Assembly (NCBI GenBank): GCA_038045945.1
Contig: JBBSXC010000004.1
Span: 1 to 64,000 of the forward strand
DNA length: 64,000 bases
From: Nanobdellota archaeon
GTDB taxonomy: Archaea; Nanobdellota; Nanobdellia; Pacearchaeales; GW2011-AR1
Direction of reading: 5' to 3'
Shown here: positions 29,016-39,813 of the stretch, one piece after another
Numbering within the stretch: the stretch's first letter is position 1
How the letters are laid out: each line of letters starts with the position of its first letter
Notes under the pieces: model-generated
Database searches by the model: none
Told to the model about the DNA's origin: nothing
The model's input: the letters and a program-made list of their open reading frames with translations, nothing else
Translations under genes and position numbers: made by a program

Positions 29016-32000
29016 ATGGATATAAAAAACAAAAAGAAAATGGTTAATAGAAAAAGATTTATTTCAATAACACAAATAATAATTTTATTATTACAAACAT
29101 TTGCTTTCTCATACATAATTTATTCCGGAACACCAAGTGTAAGTGCTCAAACTCCCCCAGTAGAAGACTACACAGGTAATATAGGACCACAAATAGGAGA
29201 CTTAGGAGTCTTACCAACAAACACAAACGTTGACTTCCAATCATCAGCAGCATTAGGACTATCATGCTGCACTAAAATGTCCAACGGGGCGATATGTCAA
29301 GAAGGAGTAGCTCAAGGAAACGAAGCATCATGCCCATCAGGATGGATACCATCAAGATGCAACCAAGTAGCCGAGTGTAAAATAGGATGCTGCGTTGATT
29401 CAAATTCAGGAATTTGTTCACCTCAAAGCCCAAAATCATCATGCGAAGCTGAAGGAGGAGCATGGAATAACAACCAAATATGCAATGTCGATTCATGTAA
29501 AAAAAATTGTTGTGTTGTAGGAGACAAGTCTTATTATGTTACAGAACAAGAATGCCAAGTATTATCAAATGATAGAGGAATACAAAAAAAGTATGTTAGT
29601 GTTGACAACGAAAATTCTTGTTTGTTACTCGGAGGGCTGCAAAAAAAAGGAGCTTGCACTTATGAACAAGGAGTAGTTGACGGAGAAAAACTATGTAAGT
29701 TCGGAACAAAAGAAGAATGTAACAAAATAAAAGGAGTATTCAGCGAAAACTTGTTATGCTCAAACCCCCTACTAAACACTACTTGTAAAAAATTATCAAA
29801 AACTTCTTGTGTTGAATCATTAGACGGAGTTTACTGGTTTGATTCTTGTGGAAACAGAGAAAACATTTGGGAAGGAAACTCACAAGCACAAAAAGACAGC
29901 GCATATAACAATGGCCTGGTAAAAACTCAGGCTAACAGTTGTACTTATTCATCAAGTAATAGTCAATGTGGAAATTGTGACAGGTTCAGCGGAAGCAAAT
30001 GCTCAGTAAACACGGACGGTAAAGCAATGTGTCAAAGCCTTAATTGCGCAGCAGCACCAGCAAGCGTGGGAACAAAAAGCAGAATTAACGGAGAAACATG
30101 GTGTGTATACGAATCAAAATTAGGATCAGGAGATAACGTGCCGGGAAGCAGCCAATTCATTTACGGATGCATGGAAGGAAAAGTCATTAGTCAAAGTTGC
30201 GGAGATTACAAAAACGGCATTTGCAACGAAGAAACAATTAAAGGACAATCGGGAACTTTTTCACAAGCAAGTTGCAGACCAAATACAGCAGTAGAATGCT
30301 TACAATATAACAGCCAAAAAACAGCAGCAAAAAAAGTTAAGAGTTGTAACGAAAATCCTGATTGTTCACTAGAAAAATTTGATTTTGGCACAGGATACAA
30401 ATTCTCTGTTTGTTTACCAAAATACCCAAGAGGTTTTGACCTTAATGAAGAGGGCGGAGTTAAACAAGCAAAGGTTGCTTGCAAACAAGCAGACTTCACA
30501 TGCACTAAAGTAATGGAAAAGAAAATAAGCGGTTGGTCTTGCGTATCAGGATGCGATTGTGACACACAAAAATTCACTGATAAAATGACTGATTGGTGCA
30601 CAAGCTTAGGAGATTGCGGACCAGGAGTCAACACTGAAGGAAAAGTAACAACTAAAGGGTACAAAGTGGTAAACGCACCAAAAATAAGCCAACAAAAAAA
30701 GAATTTAATATCAAACCTTTACAAACCAAAATTAGGAGACTTCATAAAAACAGATGCTAACTTTTCTGCAAGAGTACTAAAAGATTATTATGGAATAGAC
30801 GCATCTGACCCAACAGATGGAGGATTAGGAGCATTAACAAGTCTAGGCTCAGGAATTGGAGTTGTAGGATTACTAACATATGGAGCAACAGCAATATTAT
30901 CAACATCAGTTGTTGGAGGAACAATACCAGGATTTGTAAGCTCAGGAGGAGCATCACTTGGGGGAACAGCAACACTAACAACACCACTAGGCACAGCGCT
31001 TGCATCAATAGGAACAGTAGCCTTGGGAGCAGGAATAGGATTAGCCGTTGGAACAATCGTAGCAAAAGTTTTAGGAATACAAGGACAAGGAGCAACAATA
31101 ATAGCAGTAACAGGAGCACTTGTAGGAACATTATTAGGAATAGCAGCAGTATCTAATGTTATACCAGTAATAGGGCAAGTAATAGCAATAGTAATATTTA
31201 TCATAGTAACAGCACTAACAAAAGTTTTAGGAATTGGAGATGTTGAAGAAACAAAAGCAGTATACACATGCAGAGCATGGCAACCACCAAAAGGAGGATC
31301 AGACTGCGAAAAGTGCAGTAAAGACCCGCTGAAAGAATGCACAGCTTATAGATGCTCAGCCTTAGGAAAAGCTTGCGAATTTATTAATGAAGGAACAGAA
31401 GAAGAAGCATGCGTAAACATAGCACCAAACGATAACACAACACCAAAAATAACACCATGGAATGAAGGACTAACAACAGGATACGCATACCAAAACGTTG
31501 ATGAATACAACACAAAAATAAGAACAAGCAGCGGAGAATGCGTGCCAGAAATGAGAGAAATAAACGTAGGACTAAAAACAGATGAACCAGCACAATGCGC
31601 ATACTCAATGAAACCAACAACAAGCTTTGATGAATCAGAAGAACAATTCAACGAAGCAGAAAGCTACACACTAACACACAACATAACAATGATGATACCA
31701 AGCGCAGAAAGCGTAATTTACGAAGTATTAGGATCACTACAAAACCCACAATCAGTAAACATTAAACTTTTAGAACAAACAATAAGCCAACAATACAACA
31801 ACATAAACTATTACGTAAGATGCGAAGATAAAGCAGGAAACTCAGACATAAAAGAGTACGTAGTAAACACATGCGTAAAACCATCAGAAGACAAAACACA
31901 ACCAATAATAAAACAAACAAGTCCACCAACAGAAAGCAACGTAGCATACAACACAGAAAACATAAGCGTAAACTTCTACCTTAACGAACCAGCAACATGC

Positions 32001-32798
32001 AAATGGTCAGAAACAGAAGCAAAAAATTACACGACAATGGAAAACACAATGAGTTGCAAAACAAAAGTACAAGATATAGGAATACTAGGGTGGGAATGCA
32101 AAACAGACATGACAGGAATAAAGAATAGTGACAAAAAATTCTACGTTAAATGCCAAGACAAACCATGGCTAATAGGAACAAACAAAGAATCAGAAAGAAA
32201 CACAATGAATCAAGACTTCACTTATAGCGTTAAAACAACAAAGAATAAACTAAACATAACAAAAATAACACCAGAAAACAAAGCAACAATTTATGGAGGA
32301 GAAGAACCATTCGCAATAACACTAAGCGCAGAAACGGCAGGAGGAGTTGATGGAGGAGTAGCACAATGCAAATACTCATTCACACAAAGCGGAAAATATT
32401 TAGAGTTTTACAATACTTACTCAACAAGTCACAAACAAGAGTTCAGCCTAATGACTAAAGGAAACAAAGTAGCATACTTAGAATGCACAGACTCAAGCGG
32501 AAACACGGCAAGCGCACAAACATCATTCACACTAGAACTAGACACAAAAGCACCAGTAATAACAAGAGCATACAACTCTGCAGGAACACTAAGCATAACA
32601 ACAGATGAAGACAGCGAGTGCGCTTACACAACAACAAGCTGCAACTTCGACTTTAACAACGCTAGCAGAATGCTAGGAGTAACTAAAACACACACAACAT
32701 CAATAAACAATTTTGACACATACTACATAAGATGCAAAGACAAATACTCTAACCCAAGAGTGGGAAGCGAGTGTAGCATGATAATAAAAACTTATTAA
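29016..32798 (+). CDS. Giant Cys-rich exported protein with a central Gly-rich hydrophobic region and C-terminal Ig-like repeats
   Basis: ~1260 aa; signal/TM; dozens of Cys; ~140-aa hydrophobic stretch; repeated T(D/N)E.A.C.YS..H..YY.RC.D..GN units. Start may be 29016 or 29040. Confidence 0.9.
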   Translation: MDIKNKKKMVNRKRFISITQIIILLLQTFAFSYIIYSGTPSVSAQTPPVEDYTGNIGPQIGDLGVLPTNTNVDFQSSAALGLSCCTKMSNGAICQEGVAQGNEASCPSGWIPSRCNQVAECKIGCCVDSNSGICSPQSPKSSCEAEGGAWNNNQICNVDSCKKNCCVVGDKSYYVTEQECQVLSNDRGIQKKYVSVDNENSCLLLGGLQKKGACTYEQGVVDGEKLCKFGTKEECNKIKGVFSENLLCSNPLLNTTCKKLSKTSCVESLDGVYWFDSCGNRENIWEGNSQAQKDSAYNNGLVKTQANSCTYSSSNSQCGNCDRFSGSKCSVNTDGKAMCQSLNCAAAPASVGTKSRINGETWCVYESKLGSGDNVPGSSQFIYGCMEGKVISQSCGDYKNGICNEETIKGQSGTFSQASCRPNTAVECLQYNSQKTAAKKVKSCNENPDCSLEKFDFGTGYKFSVCLPKYPRGFDLNEEGGVKQAKVACKQADFTCTKVMEKKISGWSCVSGCDCDTQKFTDKMTDWCTSLGDCGPGVNTEGKVTTKGYKVVNAPKISQQKKNLISNLYKPKLGDFIKTDANFSARVLKDYYGIDASDPTDGGLGALTSLGSGIGVVGLLTYGATAILSTSVVGGTIPGFVSSGGASLGGTATLTTPLGTALASIGTVALGAGIGLAVGTIVAKVLGIQGQGATIIAVTGALVGTLLGIAAVSNVIPVIGQVIAIVIFIIVTALTKVLGIGDVEETKAVYTCRAWQPPKGGSDCEKCSKDPLKECTAYRCSALGKACEFINEGTEEEACVNIAPNDNTTPKITPWNEGLTTGYAYQNVDEYNTKIRTSSGECVPEMREINVGLKTDEPAQCAYSMKPTTSFDESEEQFNEAESYTLTHNITMMIPSAESVIYEVLGSLQNPQSVNIKLLEQTISQQYNNINYYVRCEDKAGNSDIKEYVVNTCVKPSEDKTQPIIKQTSPPTESNVAYNTENISVNFYLNEPATCKWSETEAKNYTTMENTMSCKTKVQDIGILGWECKTDMTGIKNSDKKFYVKCQDKPWLIGTNKESERNTMNQDFTYSVKTTKNKLNITKITPENKATIYGGEEPFAITLSAETAGGVDGGVAQCKYSFTQSGKYLEFYNTYSTSHKQEFSLMTKGNKVAYLECTDSSGNTASAQTSFTLELDTKAPVITRAYNSAGTLSITTDEDSECAYTTTSCNFDFNNASRMLGVTKTHTTSINNFDTYYIRCKDKYSNPRVGSECSMIIKTY

Positions 32799-32820
32799 CT
32801 TCTAAAACCATTAATCATTA

Positions 32821-33258
32821 ATGAACATTAAGGAATTAGGACACGTAGTATTATACGTTACAGACATTGAGATAATGAGCAAATTTTATAGAGAAACATT
32901 AGGATTCACTCAGATAGCATCAAACAAAGGAATGGCAGTCTTTTCTTCAGGCAGAACACACCACGAATTATTACTCATAGAAATCGGAGGAGAGGTAAGA
33001 AGAAAAAGTCATCCTGAGCCAGGACTATACCACATAGGACTAAAAATAGGAGAAACTGATGAAGAACTAAAAAAAGCAATAAAAGAACTAACAAAAAAAG
33101 GAGTTAACATTACAGGAACATCAGACCACACAGTAACTCACAGCCTATACATAACAGACCCAGACGGGAACGAACTAGAATTATACGTGGATATTAACAA
33201 TGATTGGAAGAAAGACCCTAAAAAAATATTTTCACCAACAAAACCGCTAAGAATATAA
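32821..33258 (+). CDS. VOC/glyoxalase-family protein
   Basis: LGHVVLYV.D..FY..LGF, GLYHIG, SLYITDPDGNELEL. Confidence 0.93.
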   Translation: MNIKELGHVVLYVTDIEIMSKFYRETLGFTQIASNKGMAVFSSGRTHHELLLIEIGGEVRRKSHPEPGLYHIGLKIGETDEELKKAIKELTKKGVNITGTSDHTVTHSLYITDPDGNELELYVDINNDWKKDPKKIFSPTKPLRI

Positions 33259-33265
33259 AAAATCT

Positions 33266-34804
33266 TTAATTAACCACAGGAGTGTTGGTTGTTGCAAGTT
33301 TACTTCCCCCTTTAGTGGCGGTCCAACCCTTAGCACTACCATAAACTTTTATCACGTTAATTTTAGTACCACAATCACCTAAACTAGTGCACATTTGTTC
33401 TTTTTGTTTAGTCCAAGAAGCATCTAAACATTCGCAATTGTCAACACATTTTTCCCCACTAAGAACACCAGTCTCAAAAGTAACTACACAAACTTCACTA
33501 GCTTGTTTACAAATTTGGTTAGAAGCTTGGTTATCACTCCAAAAGTTAAGACCAGGAGCAACAGAAGGAACACAAGAAGAAGAGTCGCCATTACTAAGCC
33601 ATTTACAATCTCTAACATCATCATCCTCACAAGAAGACTTGGAGTTTTGTCCAGCACAATCACGCCATCTATTAACAACGCAGCCAGCTTGAGAAAAACC
33701 TCCAGAAGCAGTGCTTATTGAGTCTTGTAAACAAACTTCTTGACGGAAATCAGCACAAGGCTCAACTATTTCCTCACCACTAACACAAATATGACGATAA
33801 TGCCTACTACCAACAGAGTCTGAGTCAGGATCATCATTATCATTAGCACACCATGATTCACCATGACGATAATTCTCACCATCATAAGTACCCTTACAGT
33901 TTAAGTCCTGACAAATAAAGTTACCGTAATCAGGCTTAACTGAAGAAGCAGCAGATTGATAATCCTTACAAACACTACCACTAAAGTATTGGCAATTACC
34001 ACAAGCAGGAGAATTAGAGTTACTACCATCAGGATTACAACTTTCTTCCTTAGGAATAACCTTTCTCCAGTAAGACTTATCATTAATCTTTGTTGCATCA
34101 TAAATATTAGCAGGGTTACCACAAGAATCAACAAAGTGAACTTCATCTTTATTAGCCAAACAAGTAGTCTTAGTTGTAAGACCACAATTTGTTGCTAAGT
34201 CCTCAGCAGAACATAAAAAGTCTTTATAAAAATTAGAATCCTTAACTTTAGTACAGTCAGATCGAGTTGTAAACCTGCAAGTTCTAGTGAAGTCTTGCTC
34301 GTAAACGCAAGCCCCTTCATCAGTTGCTTGAGTTACAGCAACACATTCTGCCTCAGTACCAATGTTTTTTCTAAAGTCTGTTTGCAAACCATAAGTTGAT
34401 GATAACATTTTACAACGAGTAAGAGTAGTAAAAGCAGCCTGACCGCCAAGAACGCAACAACCACTTTGACATTGAGGAATCTCATCAGGATTAATAGCAC
34501 TATTCCAAACACCGCCACCATCTTGACAAGACTTTTGAGAAGTCTTCTCTAAACATAACCCTTCAGAAGAATCATAACAAGTCCCTAACTTACAAAAAGA
34601 TGTTGAATCACAAGATGAGGGAGTTTGAGAATAAGAAGCATCACACTCAGACTGTAAAGTGTTTTGACACCAAGCACCAGACTTAGTTCTTTCACAACAA
34701 ACAGTAGAAGTAGTAGTAACCGTAGAAGCAGCAAAAGAACTAAAAGCCAATACTGAAACTAAAAATACTGATAGACAAAAAATTGTTAGTAACTTATTAT
34801 TCAT
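33266..34804 (-). CDS. Secreted Cys-rich protein, paralog of the N-terminal half of 29016..32798
   Basis: CCERTKSGAWCQ vs CCTKMSNGAICQ; DSCGN; HGESWC vs NGETWC; CTSLGDCG in both. Confidence 0.9.
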   Translation of the reverse strand: MNNKLLTIFCLSVFLVSVLAFSSFAASTVTTTSTVCCERTKSGAWCQNTLQSECDASYSQTPSSCDSTSFCKLGTCYDSSEGLCLEKTSQKSCQDGGGVWNSAINPDEIPQCQSGCCVLGGQAAFTTLTRCKMLSSTYGLQTDFRKNIGTEAECVAVTQATDEGACVYEQDFTRTCRFTTRSDCTKVKDSNFYKDFLCSAEDLATNCGLTTKTTCLANKDEVHFVDSCGNPANIYDATKINDKSYWRKVIPKEESCNPDGSNSNSPACGNCQYFSGSVCKDYQSAASSVKPDYGNFICQDLNCKGTYDGENYRHGESWCANDNDDPDSDSVGSRHYRHICVSGEEIVEPCADFRQEVCLQDSISTASGGFSQAGCVVNRWRDCAGQNSKSSCEDDDVRDCKWLSNGDSSSCVPSVAPGLNFWSDNQASNQICKQASEVCVVTFETGVLSGEKCVDNCECLDASWTKQKEQMCTSLGDCGTKINVIKVYGSAKGWTATKGGSKLATTNTPVVN

Positions 34805-35597
34805 TTTGATCACCTACTATTACTTCATTAAAAGATAAACCTGGAGGCCAGGAAATACTTCTAGAAGCAAAATTGAATTCCTCAAGAGTGCTTCTACTTG
34901 AAAGAATATAAATCTTACTACCATCACTTTGCTTCTGCTTCTCTAAACGCAAATCAGGATAAGAAAGCATGAATGATAAAGTATCAAAGTCACCATAACG
35001 AGCTTCCCAATTAAGAATGTAAACAGCAGACATGATCAAAGAATAAACCTCACTTCTTTTACTAATAGTGAAAGAAGAAAAACTTTGAGCAGATTCGCCC
35101 TTAGAGAAAGTTAAAGGGCTAACAATAATGAAGTCCATCCTGTTAAGACTAAGATTCATAATTAAATCAGACCTTGAAGAAGAGCTAGTAACAGCATAAC
35201 CTTTACTTTCCATTTCCGAACGAAGAGAAGTTAAACAATCAAAAACGGCCGGCCTTAGATCATTAACGATTTCTTTAGAAATAAAGTCTTTAAGGAAGGG
35301 TTGTTGTAAAACACAAGTCTTATAGTACTCATTAGTGTAACACAAAAACTCAATTTTACGACCGTTATAAAGATAATAGTTTTTGTTAACGCTGACACCA
35401 CCACTAAGAAGAATTTTACTAACAGAATTCTTAATAGGATCACTTAAACATGTTTCTAAAAAACTTTGAGGGTTAGTCTCGATAGTAAAAGTTTTAACAT
35501 CATTCCAAAAATAAGAAAGAAGACCAACCAGAACCACAATAACTAGAGCGATAATAATGAAAATAGTAACCTGACCCCTTTTATCGGCAATATTCAT
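34797..35597 (-). CDS. Type IV pilin-like protein, paralog of 28188..28976
   Basis: DKRG|QVTIFIIIALVIVV; FLCYTNEYYKTC; FASRS vs MAVRS. Confidence 0.85.
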   Translation of the reverse strand: MNIADKRGQVTIFIIIALVIVVLVGLLSYFWNDVKTFTIETNPQSFLETCLSDPIKNSVSKILLSGGVSVNKNYYLYNGRKIEFLCYTNEYYKTCVLQQPFLKDFISKEIVNDLRPAVFDCLTSLRSEMESKGYAVTSSSSRSDLIMNLSLNRMDFIIVSPLTFSKGESAQSFSSFTISKRSEVYSLIMSAVYILNWEARYGDFDTLSFMLSYPDLRLEKQKQSDGSKIYILSSRSTLEEFNFASRSISWPPGLSFNEVIVGDQNE

Positions 35598-35748
35598 GAT
35601 AAATAGTAACAAAAATTGTTTATAAATATTCCCCAAACAAGATAAAACAATTTTATTAGACCAAAAGTGAGGAGAGGAGAAGTGTTACCTCCCAAAAATA
35701 ACAATATATTCGTAACCGGCTAATAGTAACATTTATATACTAATTTAG

Positions 35749-36189
35749 ATGGAAAATGTCATGGTTAATGGGTTAAAAGATATAGTTAATAAAGGAGTAG
35801 CTTCTTTAGGATTACTTGGAGTTTTAGCAGCTTCTGAAGGTTGCGTTGCTGTTACTACGCCTTCCGAGGCTCTTGGAGTTATGTTCAACCCCTTAGGTTA
35901 TCAAAAGACTGAGATTGTTGCAGTTCAGGGAGGGTATGTTGAGAAGAAACAATACGCCCTTGGCGGAGTTACATCAACCAAGTATGTTCAAACTACACCT
36001 ATTGATTATAATGGTGATGGAATAATAAACCTCTGGGATATGGAACACACTGTGAGTAATGATTTTGGACAACCAGTTTGGACATGGAATCCACAAAGCC
36101 AACAATATAATGGCATAGGTTATACCCCCGGAACACTAAAAGGTGGCGCACCAAAACCTAATTCTCCTAACGAATTCTTAAATAAATAG
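35749..36189 (+). CDS. Putative lipoprotein with an EF-hand/dockerin-like DYNGDGIINLWD motif
   Basis: Hydrophobic N-terminus ending LAASEG|C; start may be 35761. Confidence 0.7.
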   Translation: MENVMVNGLKDIVNKGVASLGLLGVLAASEGCVAVTTPSEALGVMFNPLGYQKTEIVAVQGGYVEKKQYALGGVTSTKYVQTTPIDYNGDGIINLWDMEHTVSNDFGQPVWTWNPQSQQYNGIGYTPGTLKGGAPKPNSPNEFLNK

Positions 36190-36201
36190 ACAATCAAAAA
36201 A

Positions 36202-36822
36202 ATGAGAGATAAAATTAAAAAACTTAAAAACACAGGACTAATAGGAATGTTAGCTCTTGCTGGATGCACAACTCAAGGATGGGGCGTTGGTATGAACACT
36301 TTTGGGGTAGGTTTAGGGGGAAGAACTGGTGCGATGTATCAAGCAATGGGACAAGGCGCCATTGCCATAGGTAATAACGAAAGACTTTCTCAAAGTATAG
36401 AAAATGCTGGAGAGAATATTGCCAATAGACAATCTTCACAAAACTCCAATTTAGTTGGAGGTGAAGATGAGTTTTACGATACTATCCTAATAATGAAAGA
36501 CGGTAGAAGAATAAAAGGTTATTATGATGGGGAGAACGAAAATTTGTTAAGCTTAATGACATGGCACGGAGAATGCGCATATTCAAAAAACAACATTTGG
36601 AAAGTAGTCAATGATAACAAAGACTCCTTAGGTAACGATAATGATTATGACACAGTCTTAATAATGAAAGATGGTAGAAGACAAACAGGATACTTTACCA
36701 CAGAAGATGAAAAGTTAGTTAATTTAAAAACATGGCACGGAGAATGCTCATACTCTAAAAATCAGATATGGAAGAGAATAGACACAAACAAAGAAAAACA
36801 AAGCACAGATGAAAAAAAGTAA
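36202..36822 (+). CDS. Putative lipoprotein with a glycine zipper and two tandem small beta domains
   Basis: Lipobox LAG|C; YDT.LIMKDGRR..GY...E.E.L..L.TWHGEC.YSKN.IWK occurs twice. Confidence 0.8.
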   Translation: MRDKIKKLKNTGLIGMLALAGCTTQGWGVGMNTFGVGLGGRTGAMYQAMGQGAIAIGNNERLSQSIENAGENIANRQSSQNSNLVGGEDEFYDTILIMKDGRRIKGYYDGENENLLSLMTWHGECAYSKNNIWKVVNDNKDSLGNDNDYDTVLIMKDGRRQTGYFTTEDEKLVNLKTWHGECSYSKNQIWKRIDTNKEKQSTDEKK

Positions 36823-36913
36823 AAATACTAACTAAATCCCATCATCTATCCATTTCGTTACAATAAATGATAATTCTAATAAGTTTTATAAACGCTTCAG
36901 GCGTTAATAATCG

Positions 36914-39250
36914 ATGATGAAAAAGAGTGGTAATAAGCATAATAATTTATTCTCTAAAAAAACTGCTGCTATATCAATAATTTTTAACTTGTTACTAGCA
37001 ATTTTTGCTTTTAGCATTACATTATATAACACAAGTATCGTAAGTGCAGATGGAACACCAGGACAAACTGCACCAGTAAAATTAAACCCCTACTCAGGAG
37101 GATCTACGCCTACATCATCAGGTTCGCAATCAACTAACGTAGGAAAGTTTACACAAGATGCAACTATTGATGGAACCTCAGTTTCTGCAGGAACAAAGGT
37201 CGTTAAGGTCCAGAATGGTGGAGCAACAAATTATTATGCCCAAGGAGCAGGCCCTAATGGTCAAGATTTGGATATAACTAATAGCATTAACAAGAATAAT
37301 GAATTAGAAGTAGGTAACCCAGCAAATGGGGGAGCGACATTAACACTTGACAATGCAGGCACTACTAAATACACCTCAGACATTTTTGGTAATTTAGGCA
37401 CCGGAACAGGAGGATATGCTTTAAGTAATATATTATCAGGATTTCAAACAGCTTTATTCATTGTTGGTGGAATACAATTATTAGGGGGACTTTTTGGTTT
37501 AGACTCAGCACTAACAAGTTCTCTTAGTGTTTCAGCATTTGCGGGAATAATGGGATATGAAGCAGCTAACACATTACTTGTTGGAGGGGACGCACTATTC
37601 CCAAACACTATTGGCGGGGGAATACTAGGATCCACAGGAATAGGAGTAGCTATAGGAGTAATAGTTTTCTTAGCAACATATAGTTCAACGAGCGAAGAAA
37701 AAGTAACATTCGAGTGTAACTTGTGGCAGCCACCAAAAGGAGGAGAAGCATGCGAAAAGTGTAACGTTGACGGAAAAAACTTCCCATGTAACGAATACAG
37801 ATGTAGAAGTTTAGGAGCAGCATGCGAATTATTAAATAAAGGAACAGGTGAAGAAAAATGCACATGGATTAACGCAAGAGACGTTGAATCCCCAACAATA
37901 ACACCAAACTACCAAAACCTAAGCAGCGGATACCAGTACTCAAACGTACACATAAGACCACCAGGATTAGGAATGGAAATAAAGAACCTAAACAACACTA
38001 ACAACGAGGACGGATGTATAGAAGCATTCTTCCCAATAACTTTCGGAGTAACAACTAACGAACCAACAAGTTGTAAAGTAGACTATAACCACACAGCAAA
38101 CTTTGACGATATGGGATACTACCTTGGCGGAAGTTCAACATTCAAGTACAACCACACACAAACACTATCATTACCAAGACCAGCATCAAACTCAAGCGAC
38201 ACTGCCGACCCAGGAATAAAGAATGATGGAAACTACAACTTACTGATAAGATGCTCAGACCCTAACGGAAATTACAATGAAGACGAATTCGCAATAAAGT
38301 TTTGCGTAAATAAAGGCCCGGACACAACACCAGCAAGAATAGAAGCAACAAGCCTGATTAACGAAATGCCAATATCATTTGGCACCGACAAACTAAACAT
38401 GACAGTTTATACTAACGAACCAGCAGATTGCAAGTGGAGTAATGAAGACAAAGATTACAACGTCATGGAAAACACCCTTACGTGCTCTCAAAGCGTAACA
38501 GAATTCAACACTAACATGCTATACGCATGTAAAGGACAATTAACTGGAATAAAAGACAGAGAAGAAAACAAGTTTTATTTCAGATGCAAAGACCAACCAG
38601 GAAGAGCAGATAATGAAAGAAATATTAACCAAGAAAGTTACGAATTCAAAGTTTTCGGAACACAACAATTAAACATAGTACGCCAAGGACCTAACGGAAC
38701 AATAATGGGAAGTTCATCAATAGTACCTGTAGACTTACAAGTAGAAACAGCTAACGGGTACAGAGACGGAGAAGCAACTTGTTATTACAGCACAACAAAC
38801 CAAGAAAAAGATTACGTAAAATTCTTTGATACAGGATCATTCATTCATAGACAAAGACAAAACCTAAAAGCAGGAACATACGACTACTACTTCAAATGCG
38901 TAGACTTAGGAGGAAACGCAGATTATAACAAAACAAGAATAAGAGTAGAAATTGATGAAAAAGCACCAATAATTATTAGAGCAAAACACGACAGCGGAGA
39001 AAGCAGCGTTTGTGGAAACTCAGGATGCTTACAAATAACAACAAACGAAGATTCAACATGCACTTACAGTACAACAACTTGCAATTACGAAATAACTAAC
39101 GGAATTAAAATGTCAGATGATAACACTCGAGTCCACTTCGTAGAATGGAACACTAATTACAACTACTATATAAAATGCTCAGACAGAAGCGGAAACCAAC
39201 CAGCAACAACAAGCTGCTCAATGACTGTTAAAGCTTATAACAACAAATGA
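36914..39250 (+). CDS. Exported protein, paralog of the C-terminal half of 29016..32798
   Basis: Gly-rich hydrophobic region, then CNLWQPPKGGEACEKC..YRCRSLGAACE vs CRAWQPPKGGSDCEKC..YRCSALGKACE; same Ig-like repeats. Confidence 0.9.
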   Translation: MMKKSGNKHNNLFSKKTAAISIIFNLLLAIFAFSITLYNTSIVSADGTPGQTAPVKLNPYSGGSTPTSSGSQSTNVGKFTQDATIDGTSVSAGTKVVKVQNGGATNYYAQGAGPNGQDLDITNSINKNNELEVGNPANGGATLTLDNAGTTKYTSDIFGNLGTGTGGYALSNILSGFQTALFIVGGIQLLGGLFGLDSALTSSLSVSAFAGIMGYEAANTLLVGGDALFPNTIGGGILGSTGIGVAIGVIVFLATYSSTSEEKVTFECNLWQPPKGGEACEKCNVDGKNFPCNEYRCRSLGAACELLNKGTGEEKCTWINARDVESPTITPNYQNLSSGYQYSNVHIRPPGLGMEIKNLNNTNNEDGCIEAFFPITFGVTTNEPTSCKVDYNHTANFDDMGYYLGGSSTFKYNHTQTLSLPRPASNSSDTADPGIKNDGNYNLLIRCSDPNGNYNEDEFAIKFCVNKGPDTTPARIEATSLINEMPISFGTDKLNMTVYTNEPADCKWSNEDKDYNVMENTLTCSQSVTEFNTNMLYACKGQLTGIKDREENKFYFRCKDQPGRADNERNINQESYEFKVFGTQQLNIVRQGPNGTIMGSSSIVPVDLQVETANGYRDGEATCYYSTTNQEKDYVKFFDTGSFIHRQRQNLKAGTYDYYFKCVDLGGNADYNKTRIRVEIDEKAPIIIRAKHDSGESSVCGNSGCLQITTNEDSTCTYSTTTCNYEITNGIKMSDDNTRVHFVEWNTNYNYYIKCSDRSGNQPATTSCSMTVKAYNNK

Positions 39251-39750
39251 TAAGAAATAAACGCGCCCAACAAACAATGGGCATGCCATTCTCAGTAATT
39301 TTTTCAATAATACTAATAGTAGTATTCATAATAACAGCAGGAATAGTAGTAAGACACTTTCTCGGACTTCAAAAATGTTCTGAAATGAGCATATTTCTCA
39401 AAGGTTTACAAGATAACGTTGACAAAGTATGGCAATCATCTGCAAGAGAAGAAACATTCACAGTAGGATTACCATCATCAATTAAAGAAGTATGCTTCAC
39501 AAACATGACAGAGCCATTAACAGATAACAAGTATTCTGACGTAAAAGTAAGATACGGATTTTATAACCCGAACTTTTTCTTCTACCCACCAGAAAAAGCA
39601 TGCGAAATACCATACCACACGATAAAACACCTAAACATAAGCAGTGTAACAAAAGGAAGAAACCCTTACTGCATCACAAACGAAAACAACCCAAAAATGA
39701 AAATAAGTAAAGGATTCTACGAAAGCCTAGTAAGAATAGAAAAAGTATAA
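39247..39750 (+). CDS. Type IV pilin-like protein
   Basis: NKRA|QQTMGMPFSVIFSIILIVVFI; LPSSIKEVCF. Confidence 0.82.
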   Translation: MIRNKRAQQTMGMPFSVIFSIILIVVFIITAGIVVRHFLGLQKCSEMSIFLKGLQDNVDKVWQSSAREETFTVGLPSSIKEVCFTNMTEPLTDNKYSDVKVRYGFYNPNFFFYPPEKACEIPYHTIKHLNISSVTKGRNPYCITNENNPKMKISKGFYESLVRIEKV

Positions 39751-39813
39751 GGATTCTAAAACAAAAACATTGCAATAAAAGAGTATAAAAAGTGTTTATT
39801 GATAGTTATCATA

